64,000 nt of DNA from a virus, in IMG/VR virus record IMGVR_UViG_3300042509_002208, positions 1-64,000 of that record. One strand, written 5' to 3'. Shown here piece by piece: positions 17,729 to 27,513 of the stretch. Under the pieces are notes generated by a model, which had not been told where the DNA came from, ran no database searches, and saw only the letters and a program-made list of their open reading frames with translations. The position numbers and the translations under genes were made by a program. How positions within the stretch are numbered: position 1 is the first letter of the stretch; each line of letters begins with the position of its first letter.

Positions 17729-19945
17729 ATGACAACAGAAATAACCGTTGAAATAAAAGGTGGCGAAACCATACTGGACGCTGCTAAGACGGTACAAGCT
17801 AATGCAAGGGCAGATTACGAAGAACAGAAAAAGGAAAAGAAAGCTAAAGATACTGCAGAAGCTGCAGAAACACAACGGCAAGCAGATGAAGACGATGAAT
17901 ACAAGGGTGGCATCCGCGAAGATGAAGAGGAAGATAAACCTGAGAACAGACCAAAATCAAGAAAATGTGGTTTTTGGATTTTTAAAGATTACTTAATAGG
18001 TCGGCCTGACTACGGAGAAACGGGAACTGATGTCCCTGAGGAAAGAGTCGATCTTGATTATGACACTTTCCAGTTAAGCGTAGGAACAGGTGATGGTAAA
18101 AAATGGGCTACTCATTATTTTCAGGGGCCTGCAGGCAAGCCAGCTACTGAAACCAATGTAACAGGAAGTGCCACATTCATTGGCTACTTAAGTTATATAC
18201 AATTTTACACTCAGAGTTTCGGAACCGTTTACACGCTACCAGAAGGCGCGACCGTCGTTCCGTATGACCCAGCGTATTATTTAAATCCTTTGAGTCCTCC
18301 ACCGTCTGGCACTTGTCCGGATGGCTTTTGCTGGACGCTATTTTTCCCTGATGAGCTGAATTCGGGTCCTGGAAGATCCCGAAAAAATGTAACTGTGGTA
18401 AAGAAAGGAAAACCTGTTAATGCGTATGAGCCCACAGTTGCCAACCAGGCTATTTTCAATTTTCCGATCAATAACAAGAAAACTATCGTAGTAGCCGCAA
18501 ATTGGCTTGGCTGGAGTATGGGTACCGGCGGCGAGATATACGATGGCGTATTGCCGGATGAATACTTTTTACATCCCCAGAATATTACTCAGCCCAGTAT
18601 TAGAAGTACTGTATATTATAAGTATCCAGGAGGCGAGGAGACCGGATGGCAGCCAATCTATGGTTATTACTGGTTGATGGATCCGACAGACGAAACGAGT
18701 ATCATGAACTTGAGCCGTTTAGGTCAGTTACTTCCCCTTGATAGCTCTATTATTCATAATTATCAAGGCCAAAGTGAGACAGAAGTAGTTGGCTTTGCTG
18801 TCGGCCCTAATAATGTCAAAAAGCTAGACAGCATTCCGGCTGAAGTCGAAGCAAAAGTAAGAGCAAGATGTCCGGCTCCTTTCTGGGATGAATCGAATAT
18901 TTATTGGGGCAGATGGAATTTCCGCGATGTGGTTGATAACATACCTGGATACCCACAGCAAATTGATGACATCTACAATAATGCTAGCTGGGAAATGAAT
19001 CCAGATGCACACTGCATGGGGATTGCCAGAAATATTTTTTACAGATGGGTTGAATTTAGCTCGCAGGACTTGCCCTATGACTACTGGAATCGAGCAGAAT
19101 CATTTGATGCTGATTATCTAGATAGAAGTTCTGTTATGACGAAGCAAATTCTCGGAGCTTCTCCTGGTATATATGATTCTTATGATCTAGATTTGCAGGA
19201 TCATGCTTTTTATAATCACTTTGGAAAAGGATCCTGGTATGATAGCTGGAGTTTTACGTATTCAGTCAGAGATTCTTGGCTGTCTGATTATGGAGATGTT
19301 AGAATTCATGCGGGAGACATCAGAGAAGGCGCATGGCAGTGGATGAGAAATATAGATGAAACCGATACTGACGACAATCCACCCTGGCATATAACCGTAA
19401 ACGATCTTGCCTGGTTATATCTAAGACCGGATGACAGGCAAGCGTTTATCGATAATTATAAGCAATACAATGCTGTAAATACTTACGATTTCACCCCGGC
19501 TCAAATTAGTTATCTTAACAGTGCTCCCGAAGATCCTGTTTTTAGTTATATATATTATGCAAGAAATGTTGATGCAGAGAAGTTGATTGATGGAGTCAAA
19601 TGGGCAACGGATGGATACGGCGGAGCCTGGACCGATGCGAATTCACCAGCGTTCGATTACAATGATGATCCATTCTATGATGTCCCTTACATGGATATTG
19701 AAGATCCACACTGGATGAAATATAGATTGAAGACAAAATTATCTAATCAAAGAGTTTGGCCGCCTAGCATCAGCAGTGGTTTCGATGATCCAGTCCCAGC
19801 GAATGTCCCGGCTTCCTCAAAAAGCAGTCATCCACTTGCAAGAGGTGGTCTTAATCTTAGCTATGTTATCAATACCGCTTGGGATAATGATTACTCTCAA
19901 GTTTTGTTGGCTATGGGATTCCAGGCTGGAGACTTGAATGTTTAA
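17729..19945 (+). CDS. large W/Y/D-rich virion-region protein
   Basis: 738 aa, acidic coiled N-terminus; function not recognised. Confidence 0.5.
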   Translation: MTTEITVEIKGGETILDAAKTVQANARADYEEQKKEKKAKDTAEAAETQRQADEDDEYKGGIREDEEEDKPENRPKSRKCGFWIFKDYLIGRPDYGETGTDVPEERVDLDYDTFQLSVGTGDGKKWATHYFQGPAGKPATETNVTGSATFIGYLSYIQFYTQSFGTVYTLPEGATVVPYDPAYYLNPLSPPPSGTCPDGFCWTLFFPDELNSGPGRSRKNVTVVKKGKPVNAYEPTVANQAIFNFPINNKKTIVVAANWLGWSMGTGGEIYDGVLPDEYFLHPQNITQPSIRSTVYYKYPGGEETGWQPIYGYYWLMDPTDETSIMNLSRLGQLLPLDSSIIHNYQGQSETEVVGFAVGPNNVKKLDSIPAEVEAKVRARCPAPFWDESNIYWGRWNFRDVVDNIPGYPQQIDDIYNNASWEMNPDAHCMGIARNIFYRWVEFSSQDLPYDYWNRAESFDADYLDRSSVMTKQILGASPGIYDSYDLDLQDHAFYNHFGKGSWYDSWSFTYSVRDSWLSDYGDVRIHAGDIREGAWQWMRNIDETDTDDNPPWHITVNDLAWLYLRPDDRQAFIDNYKQYNAVNTYDFTPAQISYLNSAPEDPVFSYIYYARNVDAEKLIDGVKWATDGYGGAWTDANSPAFDYNDDPFYDVPYMDIEDPHWMKYRLKTKLSNQRVWPPSISSGFDDPVPANVPASSKSSHPLARGGLNLSYVINTAWDNDYSQVLLAMGFQAGDLNV

Positions 19946-19948
19946 ATT

Positions 19949-20071
19949 ATGGATACCAATATCTACGAAAAGGCCAAGATCGTTCAGATGATAGCCAGGA
20001 TTCAGGCCAAGAAGAAAGCCTCCCAATTGGCGATGCTTCGCAAGTTAAAGGATAAGCCAAAGAAGCGATAG
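19949..20071 (+). CDS. 40-aa basic protein (not in ORF track)
   Basis: MDTNIYEKAKIVQMIARIQAKKKASQLAMLRKLKDKPKKR* fills the gap exactly. Confidence 0.65.
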   Translation: MDTNIYEKAKIVQMIARIQAKKKASQLAMLRKLKDKPKKR

Positions 20072-20079
20072 GCATACTA
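20071..20079 (+). promoter_or_regulatory. GGNANNCTA motif
   Basis: GGCATACTA 31 nt before the scaffold ATG. Confidence 0.65.
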
Positions 20080-20090
20080 ACGCGCAATTT

Positions 20091-20148
20091 AGGCGTGATG
20101 CCTGCTCCCAATGTCCGACGACAATCAGCAAGCACCTGAGACGGGTGC
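20091..20148 (+). promoter_or_regulatory. two GWGAY-pentaloop hairpins flanking the scaffold start codon
   Basis: AGGC-GTGAT-GCCT (20091-20103) and GCACCT-GAGAC-GGGTGC (20132-20148). Confidence 0.6.
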
Positions 20149-20848
20149 CATTCAAGGCAACGAAAATACTTTTAGCGGAAACGAAGACAACAAAAGCTAT
20201 AGCGAAGAAGAGGTTCAAAACCTGCTGAAAGCGCTAAAAGCTGAGCGTGAATCGCGTAAGATTTACGAAAAAGAAGTCAAGGAAAAGGCGGCCCAGCTAG
20301 AAAAGTTCGCCCAGATCAACCCTGACGAATATCGAAAGCTTCAAGAAGAAGCTGCTATTGCTGCACGAGAGAAGGCGGCAGCGGATGAACGCACCTCTTT
20401 ACTTGAAGAGAAGTACGGCGCTCAGGCCGCTGAGGCAGTCAAGAAAGCTGATCTTGCACAGCAAGAATTGCTTGAATTCCGCAAGCGGTACGCTCTCGAA
20501 AAGGTGTTCTTTGCTGCTGGCGGTCGTACTGATTCCGCTGATGGGATTTCATTCTTTGATATGATCTTCAATCAGATCGGAACTCAGTTCAGGCTTGAAA
20601 GCAATGGTAACGTAACCGTTGTTGACGCCAGTGGTGATCCTGTGTTGGATTCTGATTCCGGGAAAAGGATCAATCCTGAGGATTACTTGTCCGGCCTGAA
20701 GAATCATCCAATTTATGGAACCTTCTTCAAGGGCAACAAAGGCTCTGGCGCTGGCATTGGTTATGGCGGCACTGACGCCAATGGTGTTACTGGTGAAGAT
20801 CTTGCCGGCCTAAGTCGAGACGAAATTTTCCTTCGGGCGTTTGGTTGA
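20111..20848 (+). CDS. capsid scaffolding protein
   Basis: Coiled coil (LKALKAERE), C-terminal FFKGNKGSGAG, immediately upstream of the major capsid gene. Confidence 0.8.
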   Translation: MSDDNQQAPETGAIQGNENTFSGNEDNKSYSEEEVQNLLKALKAERESRKIYEKEVKEKAAQLEKFAQINPDEYRKLQEEAAIAAREKAAADERTSLLEEKYGAQAAEAVKKADLAQQELLEFRKRYALEKVFFAAGGRTDSADGISFFDMIFNQIGTQFRLESNGNVTVVDASGDPVLDSDSGKRINPEDYLSGLKNHPIYGTFFKGNKGSGAGIGYGGTDANGVTGEDLAGLSRDEIFLRAFG

Positions 20849-20855
20849 GCAGACG

Positions 20856-20880
20856 AAAACCGGCTTCGGCCGGTTTTTTT
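20856..20880 (+). terminator. intrinsic terminator
   Basis: AAAACCGGC-TTCG-GCCGGTTTTTTT. Confidence 0.9.
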
Positions 20881-20895
20881 GTGATCAATTATCTT

Positions 20896-20938
20896 TATTG
20901 CGATTCTCAATAACTTAATATTATTGAGAATCGCAATA
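20896..20938. repeat. perfect 18-bp inverted repeat
   Basis: TATTGCGATTCTCAATAA-CTTAATA-TTATTGAGAATCGCAATA. Confidence 0.9.
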
Positions 20939-20940
20939 TT

Positions 20941-20949
20941 GGTATTCTA
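20941..20949 (+). promoter_or_regulatory. GGNANNCTA motif (capsid promoter)
   Basis: GGTATTCTA followed by a ~120-nt structured leader. Confidence 0.65.
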
Positions 20950-20958
20950 AGGTGAAGT

Positions 20959-21025
20959 ACCCAGCCCTGAACTGGTTGTGATGACCTATCGGGGAGGGTC
21001 TAGCGCAATCGGAACGTGATGTTCT
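20959..21025 (+). promoter_or_regulatory. structured capsid 5' leader with two GTGAT-pentaloop hairpins
   Basis: ACCC..CCCTGA..GGTT-GTGAT-GACC..TCGGGG.GGGT and GGAAC-GTGAT-GTTCT. Confidence 0.65.
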
Positions 21026-21073
21026 AAAGGCGATTTACCTTTCCTCAAATAGTTATCATCAACTAGGAGAAAC

Positions 21074-21976
21074 ATGGCTCTTACTCTTGCAGAGGCTAAA
21101 AAGCACGCCTCTAACCCCCAAGAACTGGCGATCGTAACCGAACTCGCCGCCGGTCCTCTGCTTCAGAATCTGCCTTTCCGCGAAGTGCAAGGCAACGGTC
21201 TGTTCTGGAAGCGTGAGGAGTCCCTCGGCGACGTGGGCTTCCGTGCCTTCAACGATGGCTATGCCGAAAGCTATGCCACCGTCAAGCAGCAAAGCGAAGC
21301 GCTGAAGTTGTTCGGTGGTGACATCAAGGTTGACCGTGCCATCGTCGACCTGGAAGGCCCCGAAGCTCGCGCTTACCAGATCCAAGCCAAGACCCGCGCA
21401 ATGCGTCTGGCTTTCGAGGCTCTGTTCATCAATGGCGACTCCAACAGCACTGGCGCTGAGTTCGACGGTCTGGCAACCCGCCTGCCCGCTGGCGACTACG
21501 CTACCAACTCCCAGGTGATCCGCAACGCTTCCAGCGCTGCTGCTCTGGATCTGGGCAAACTGGACGAAGTGATTGACGCCGTGGACGCCCAGGGTGGCAC
21601 CAAGTACATCGTGTGCTCGAAGTCCGCTCGCCGCGCTCTGACCAAGGCCGCTCGTAACAGCAGCCAGATCGACATCATGCGTGATGAATTCGGCTATCAG
21701 CAGACCGTGTATGGTGGCCTGCCCGTGCTGGAAATTGACCGCGACCACCAGAACGTGGCAATCCTGGACAGCAACCCTGCTGATCAGTCCCTGTATGTCG
21801 TGTCCTTCGGCAACGATCTGCTGACCGGCCTGCAGAACGGTGGCCCTCAGGTGCGTGATCTGGGTGAAGCAACCGACGCCCCCGTCCTGGTGACCCGCGT
21901 TGAGTGGTATTGCGGCCTGGCTCTGATCAACGGCCGTGCTGCTGCTCGTCTGACCAACGTGAATGCAACCGCCTGA
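21074..21976 (+). CDS. major capsid protein (HK97 fold)
   Basis: 300 aa; GGDIKVDR, FINGD...EFDGL, VTRVEWYCGLA..GRAAARL; AGGAG SD; strong C-ending codon bias. Confidence 0.92.
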   Translation: MALTLAEAKKHASNPQELAIVTELAAGPLLQNLPFREVQGNGLFWKREESLGDVGFRAFNDGYAESYATVKQQSEALKLFGGDIKVDRAIVDLEGPEARAYQIQAKTRAMRLAFEALFINGDSNSTGAEFDGLATRLPAGDYATNSQVIRNASSAAALDLGKLDEVIDAVDAQGGTKYIVCSKSARRALTKAARNSSQIDIMRDEFGYQQTVYGGLPVLEIDRDHQNVAILDSNPADQSLYVVSFGNDLLTGLQNGGPQVRDLGEATDAPVLVTRVEWYCGLALINGRAAARLTNVNATA

Positions 21977-21997
21977 ACCTAGGCGCTAGCTAAGATT

Positions 21998-22024
21998 AAG
22001 GGGTCCTAAAAAGGGCCCCTTTTT
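21998..22024 (+). terminator. intrinsic terminator
   Basis: AAGGGGTCCT-AAAA-AGGGCCCCTTTTT. Confidence 0.85.
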
Positions 22025-22029
22025 CGTAT

Positions 22030-22038
22030 GGAAAACTA
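22030..22038 (+). promoter_or_regulatory. GGNANNCTA motif
   Basis: GGAAAACTA right after the capsid terminator. Confidence 0.65.
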
Positions 22039-22051
22039 GTCAGACTAAGGA

Positions 22052-23257
22052 TTGTCTGTGATTTTTTCGTCGTCCGATATTGAACGCTTAATCGGCGACG
22101 ATCCGATTATCAAGGCAATTTGCGATATCGAAATAGTCGACGCAAAGCCTGCCCTGAAGGCCGGTAGTGGTGTTGTTATTTATATTAAACGATATCCTGA
22201 GCTGTCCGAATTTGAAGCAAGGTGGGATATCTGGATTATTGACTATGACAACGAACCAGTTGATGTTGTTATCCGTCAACTGAGAAAATTACTGCCTCGA
22301 TTTACACTTATTGAAGAAGGCGTAATCATAAAAGCCAGCACAACAGAACTTAGATCTGAGCGAACCGAAACTGAGATAAAGATCGAGCCAGTTGCAGTTA
22401 CAGAAGATCCTTATGAAGAGAAGTTCCAGGATCTCCTTCAATCCATAGAAGACAGGATGCTGCTCGTTGGTCCTGGCAGATCAGGACGTGACGGCAGAGA
22501 TGGTAAAGATGGCATTAATGGTAAAGATGGCATAGACGGCAAAGATTTAGAAGTTACTGAAGTTGAACTTGGCGATCTCAACGATGTCTTTATTTCTGAC
22601 GCAAATCGTGGCCAGTTCCTCATGTTTGATGGAGCTGGTTGGATTCCACGCTTTGTTCCTCAGGTATTCTCAGGTGGCGGTGGAGGTTCCAGTGAAGGCG
22701 GTGGAGGAGACGGCACAATGCCGGAACCACCAGATGATGGCAGATTCTATCTTCGACAAGTCAACAATGGCGCAGGCCAGTGGGTTGATTTACTGACTGC
22801 ACTGAATGCATTGTATCTTGATGGTGGTGATTTTGACGGAAGAAGAGTTAAGACTTCTACTGGTAATTACGTTGTTACTGGATATAGTTCATCTCGTTAT
22901 ATCATCAAGACGCTTCCTGCGGATAGAGGAACGTTTATTGCATCGGGCGAAAATGGTTCGTTCTTGTTTGATCGGATACTTAAAGCCGATAGCGTTGACT
23001 TAATCGTTGCCGGTTCACCTGCAACAATATCAGCTTCTCGTATTGTAACGGCTGATGCAGCCAGCTTTACTGTAACAGGTCAATCAGGAGATGATATTAT
23101 TGGTTATCGTATTCTTGGAGCAGTTGGCAATATTGACCTGACTGGCTCAGATGGTCAGATTCGTTACAACGAACCCGATGTTCAGTTTTATGGAGATTGG
23201 GCTGCTCAAAACTATGGTTACCTAAGTGAAGTCTACCCTGACGGATGGGCTGGGTAG
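22052..23257 (+). CDS. fibre/appendage protein with collagen-like repeats
   Basis: GRSGRDGRDGKDGINGKDGIDGKD; LGDLNDV; internal LDGGDF. Confidence 0.7.
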   Translation: MSVIFSSSDIERLIGDDPIIKAICDIEIVDAKPALKAGSGVVIYIKRYPELSEFEARWDIWIIDYDNEPVDVVIRQLRKLLPRFTLIEEGVIIKASTTELRSERTETEIKIEPVAVTEDPYEEKFQDLLQSIEDRMLLVGPGRSGRDGRDGKDGINGKDGIDGKDLEVTEVELGDLNDVFISDANRGQFLMFDGAGWIPRFVPQVFSGGGGGSSEGGGGDGTMPEPPDDGRFYLRQVNNGAGQWVDLLTALNALYLDGGDFDGRRVKTSTGNYVVTGYSSSRYIIKTLPADRGTFIASGENGSFLFDRILKADSVDLIVAGSPATISASRIVTADAASFTVTGQSGDDIIGYRILGAVGNIDLTGSDGQIRYNEPDVQFYGDWAAQNYGYLSEVYPDGWAG

Positions 23258-23265
23258 GTAACCTA
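23257..23265 (+). promoter_or_regulatory. GGNANNCTA motif
   Basis: GGTAACCTA 19 nt before ATG 23285. Confidence 0.65.
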
Positions 23266-23284
23266 GTTGGAATAACTGAGGCGC

Positions 23285-23638
23285 ATGACAGCTCCAAATT
23301 TGTTGTCGCCAACAACAGTAACTGGTAAGACAGCAATTGCTGAGCTGACCACTTCCTTGGTTGCGATCATCGATAATCCATCGGCTAGCGGCAAGGTTTT
23401 TAAGATTAATACAATTAGGGCAGCTAATATCACGGGCAGTGCTGTTACTATCAGCGTTTGCCACCATAGAGGTCAGCATAATTATCTGCTGAAGGATGGA
23501 GCCCTTGATGGGGCAAAAACAATAATTGTGACCGACAAGAACGAATATGTTTATCTTGAGGAGGGCGATCAGTTAATGGCCTCTTCGTCTTCTGGTTCCA
23601 GTGTTCATTTAACCATCAACTACGAGGAGATTAACTGA
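23285..23638 (+). CDS. small virion structural protein
   Basis: GKVFKINTI.AAN...YLEEGD.L...INYEEI pattern typical of phage fibre-associated proteins. Confidence 0.6.
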   Translation: MTAPNLLSPTTVTGKTAIAELTTSLVAIIDNPSASGKVFKINTIRAANITGSAVTISVCHHRGQHNYLLKDGALDGAKTIIVTDKNEYVYLEEGDQLMASSSSGSSVHLTINYEEIN

Positions 23639-24558
23639 TGACTTGGTCTATTTCCCACACGATTACTTACAACACCAATGCAGATAATCACACTGCACTA
23701 ACTTATTTGTTTGACACTTATTTACCAAGCAAGGGTTGGACGACTGCCGCTCATCCAACAAACCCAGCCAGCTTTAGAAGAAAAGCCAAGTTCACTTGTC
23801 TTAATGTATTAACAAATACCAACTATTCCATGTATCATTGGGTGGACTGGTCGAGCACGTCCCCCACCAGCTTGTATTGGTACGAAGATGCAACGTATAC
23901 AACAACTCCTGGCGATTTGTGCAATGACAGCACTAACAGTCAATCGTCCCAATATCCAATGACACTTGCTGGCGAGAACTGGAAGTTCTGCACTAGCACA
24001 GAGAATGCAAATACGGCATTAGTGCTCAAGGGTGGAAAGGTTGCTTTTTACTGGCCTGGAATTACGGAAGGTTTATTTTGGCCCGACCCGGCATGGGCTG
24101 CAGGCTCCACCGACAATAAGGGCACCTGGATTTGTCCAGTGATGGGCTGGTATTACAATAGTTTTGGTGTGGCCAACTCTCCCGTTACCACTAATACAGG
24201 AACTATATATTACATGGTGCCATCAGTGGGAATGCACCCCAGTGCCAGTGCGTCTGGCCATAGACTTGGTGGCAATTATATTGGGACCAATTTTTCTTGG
24301 ATGTATAGCCAAAATAGCACCAGTAGTTTTTATCCTGATTCCAGTAGTCATATTGGTTTCACGAATGGTGGACATACTGATGTAGGCGTTTGGCAGCCCG
24401 CCTCAATTTACAACAGTAGCGATTGCCGCCAACCGTTTGCATATAGCACAAACGGGGTTACATTGCAGATCGGGTCTAATTACTGGTATAAATCATTTAC
24501 TGATTTAGGCAGGCAAGATGTAATCTTTAATTTTGGCACAGTTGATCCTCTGGCGTAA
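23638..24558 (+). CDS. virion-region protein (S/T/W/Y-rich)
   Basis: Translationally coupled ORF in the fibre cluster. Confidence 0.55.
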   Translation: MTWSISHTITYNTNADNHTALTYLFDTYLPSKGWTTAAHPTNPASFRRKAKFTCLNVLTNTNYSMYHWVDWSSTSPTSLYWYEDATYTTTPGDLCNDSTNSQSSQYPMTLAGENWKFCTSTENANTALVLKGGKVAFYWPGITEGLFWPDPAWAAGSTDNKGTWICPVMGWYYNSFGVANSPVTTNTGTIYYMVPSVGMHPSASASGHRLGGNYIGTNFSWMYSQNSTSSFYPDSSSHIGFTNGGHTDVGVWQPASIYNSSDCRQPFAYSTNGVTLQIGSNYWYKSFTDLGRQDVIFNFGTVDPLA

Positions 24559-24782
24559 TGGCTACCCCTGTTACGGTTGATGGGATCTTCGAGGATACAA
24601 GCATCGTTCCAGGAATGATGCTTGTAAGTGCTGTTAGCATAAGGCCACAGTATAATACATTCCAGTCTCCTGGCACTGTCGGCGATTTTGTTGATGTTGC
24701 AGCAATAAGACCGTTTCAGGCTCCACCTGGGACAGGAACAGTTAACCCCGACTGGCGTAGACCTGATAGAGAGATCGGTTGA
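24558..24782 (+). CDS. small hypothetical protein
   Basis: TAATG coupling. Confidence 0.6.
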   Translation: MATPVTVDGIFEDTSIVPGMMLVSAVSIRPQYNTFQSPGTVGDFVDVAAIRPFQAPPGTGTVNPDWRRPDREIG

Positions 24783-24790
24783 TTTACCTA

Positions 24791-24799
24791 GGAATTCTA
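24791..24799 (+). promoter_or_regulatory. GGNANNCTA motif
   Basis: GGAATTCTA 33 nt before ATG 24833. Confidence 0.65.
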
Positions 24800-24832
24800 G
24801 TTCAGTACTGACTCTGCCGGACTGGAGCCGAT

Positions 24833-27466
24833 ATGCCGATCCCTAGCCCTCGTGTAAGGTTTCAGGTCGCACGAGGCGTTTACGCTAACTTATTAGCAGG
24901 GCTCGGGGAGTTTGAGGATGGCGAGCTTTGCTATGCCAGGGACCAAGACAGCTTATATATCAAGGAAGAGAATGAGTTAATTAAATTAAGCTCGGGCCTT
25001 GATAGCGAACTGGCAAATTACATCAGGGAGATCACAGGAGTAAATTACACCAACGAGCCCATGGGGCACGTTGACAAAAATGAAAGTGTAATCTCTTTCG
25101 ATGCCGATAATCGTATATTTTCTATTGCTCCTGTTGCTGCCAGCTTTACTGTATGGTGCGCTGGTTTTAAGGTAGTTTTCGTAGGGACTGAATCAGTTAC
25201 ACTTCCCGACGAGACTGGTTTATATTATATTTTCTTTGATGAGAATGGTGACCTTGGATACCAAGATGGTTACTTTAACTGGGAACTGCAGGCGCCTACC
25301 GCTTATGTTTATTGGAATGCAGAAACAGCTCAGGCTGCATATTTTGGCGATGAGAGGCATGGTATCACTCTAGATTGGCAGACGCATGAATATCTTCACA
25401 GAACAAGAGGTGCCGTTTTTGCTGATGGCTTTGATATTGGTGGCTATACACTTTCTGGCGACGGTAGTCTTGATGCTGACGCGCAGTTCAGTCTGGATAA
25501 TGGAAGCTTTTTCGATGAAGACTTACAGGTTGATATAAGTCACTCAGAAACTCCTGCTCTTAATACCTGGCAGCAGCATATTACGAGCCCCTGCAGAGCG
25601 CCTGTACTTTACCGTTCTGGCGCTGGATATATACTTGATTCTCCGACTGATTTTCCGGTAAAGGCAGGTGTTTCGTATCCGTTGTACAATTCTGCAACTG
25701 GAGGTGCCTGGTCTACGGTCGAGGCTAGTGCAAACAAATATATTGTAGCATTTGTAATTGCTACAAACAATCTAAACTATCCCGTCATTAGCGTGATGGG
25801 ACAATCTGTTTACAATAATATTGCGGACGCCAAGGCTGTATCATTTGCTTCTTTAAATTTAGAGAATTTTCCATCTCTAGAGTTTAGGACTCTTTATCGG
25901 TTAATACTCCAGACTGGCAATTATGGTAACTCTATCGGCGCCAGATTAAGAGAAGTTCAAGATTTGAAATATGCGACGATTGGCTCCATCAGCCCTGTTG
26001 AACTTAGTTCCGAACAAATTCAAGACTATGCCTCTCAGTTGTTTATAAATGGAATACATTCGGGCTTAAGTTTTTCTTATGACGATGATAACGATAGAAT
26101 TAACGCCACAGCAGATGTCAGGTCTGTCAATAACCAGATTGGCGATGTTTCCCTGGATATGCTGGACGCTTCTGATGCGGCTTTAAGTTTCAGTGATATA
26201 TCGCAAGGCTCCTGGACCGCTACTGGGACCAGCGATCTTCCTGCTATTGCTCAATTCTCTCAATCTGGCAATACTTTAACTTTTCATTCAAATCCGATTG
26301 ATATTGCTGGTCAGTTGACTCAGGGTGACATCATATTACTAAATGCCGTTATAGCAACAGTAGAGAGTACTTCGTCTGTTCCCGCAGAGGACTACTGGAC
26401 TTTAACGGCAAGCGGAGTAACTCTGCCCATCTATTCGGCAGGTGAGACCTTGCAGTTATTTATAAGAACAGACAACCTAATTGCTGATAAAGATGTTTGG
26501 ACCTACAACTTGTCTAGACAGAAATGGGAGCCAAAATCCGCGCTTCAGGCAGAAGACGTACCAGCACTAGTCACTCCTTTGTTTGCTCATGGTTATCATA
26601 CCGGAATTACATTTGAGTACGACGAAGCGAATGCGCATATTGACGCGACTGTTTTAGCGCAAAACATAGAAAGTATCGACGATATTGGAGACGTTGACAC
26701 TTCGACCACTACACCTTCTGACGGACAAGTGCTTACATGGAATGCGATTACCTTAAGGTGGGAGCCGACTACGGTCAATATTGGCGTTACTAGCGTCGAC
26801 ATAATTGGTGGCACTGGACTAACAGCTTCTGGAGGTCCTATTACGAGCAATGGCTCTATTGCGATTGACTTAGACAATACTACTGTTAGCCCTGGTTCAT
26901 ACACGAATGCAGATATTACTGTTGATGCTCAGGGACGTATTACGGCTGCATCGAGTGGCACTCAAGCGAGTACTGCTCTTGATGATCTAACTGATGTAGA
27001 TACATCTACTATTCCGCCTGTTAATGGACAAGCTCTTATTTGGAACCAGACTTCCTCCCAATGGGAGCCAGGAAATGTAGAGACTTCTGGCTCGATTAGC
27101 AGAAGTTCCGCTTCAGCAATTCTCGCTATTGCCGCTGGCGCAACAACCATATCTTCAATTTCACTCTCGAAAAGTTGCATAATATACAAAATTACAGTAG
27201 ATAAGGCTTGTTGGCTGCGGCTTTACAATTCTTTGGCTTCAGCCAATAGTGATAGCACAAGATTGCGCACAGAAGACCCCGAAGCGTCAGGTGGTGTAAT
27301 ATGTGAGATCATAGCAACAGGAGCTGATTCTTACGTACTAACGCCAACGCCAACAGCAATGAACGCAGAGTCGCCCGTATCATCGTATTATCAACTTAGA
27401 GTTACAAATGATGATTCAGTTTCAGATGTTCAAGTTACGATCGAATACTTAACCCTGGAATCCTAA
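24833..27466 (+). CDS. tail fibre protein
   Basis: N-terminal FQVARG...GELCY; repeats DDLTDVD...GQ.L.WN....WEP; GSYTNADITVDAQGRITAAS. Confidence 0.75.
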   Translation: MPIPSPRVRFQVARGVYANLLAGLGEFEDGELCYARDQDSLYIKEENELIKLSSGLDSELANYIREITGVNYTNEPMGHVDKNESVISFDADNRIFSIAPVAASFTVWCAGFKVVFVGTESVTLPDETGLYYIFFDENGDLGYQDGYFNWELQAPTAYVYWNAETAQAAYFGDERHGITLDWQTHEYLHRTRGAVFADGFDIGGYTLSGDGSLDADAQFSLDNGSFFDEDLQVDISHSETPALNTWQQHITSPCRAPVLYRSGAGYILDSPTDFPVKAGVSYPLYNSATGGAWSTVEASANKYIVAFVIATNNLNYPVISVMGQSVYNNIADAKAVSFASLNLENFPSLEFRTLYRLILQTGNYGNSIGARLREVQDLKYATIGSISPVELSSEQIQDYASQLFINGIHSGLSFSYDDDNDRINATADVRSVNNQIGDVSLDMLDASDAALSFSDISQGSWTATGTSDLPAIAQFSQSGNTLTFHSNPIDIAGQLTQGDIILLNAVIATVESTSSVPAEDYWTLTASGVTLPIYSAGETLQLFIRTDNLIADKDVWTYNLSRQKWEPKSALQAEDVPALVTPLFAHGYHTGITFEYDEANAHIDATVLAQNIESIDDIGDVDTSTTTPSDGQVLTWNAITLRWEPTTVNIGVTSVDIIGGTGLTASGGPITSNGSIAIDLDNTTVSPGSYTNADITVDAQGRITAASSGTQASTALDDLTDVDTSTIPPVNGQALIWNQTSSQWEPGNVETSGSISRSSASAILAIAAGATTISSISLSKSCIIYKITVDKACWLRLYNSLASANSDSTRLRTEDPEASGGVICEIIATGADSYVLTPTPTAMNAESPVSSYYQLRVTNDDSVSDVQVTIEYLTLES

Positions 27467-27513
27467 TTGTAGACGGGCCTTTGCTCGGTATCCTTAATAG
27501 AGGTGTCTAAGCT

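Noticed and set aside
21059-21748. 229-aa antisense ORF over the capsid gene, and similar antisense ORFs over fibre, tape measure and RNR genes
   Set aside because: Expected shadow frames of strongly codon-biased genes; no RBS, promoter motif or recognisable domain.
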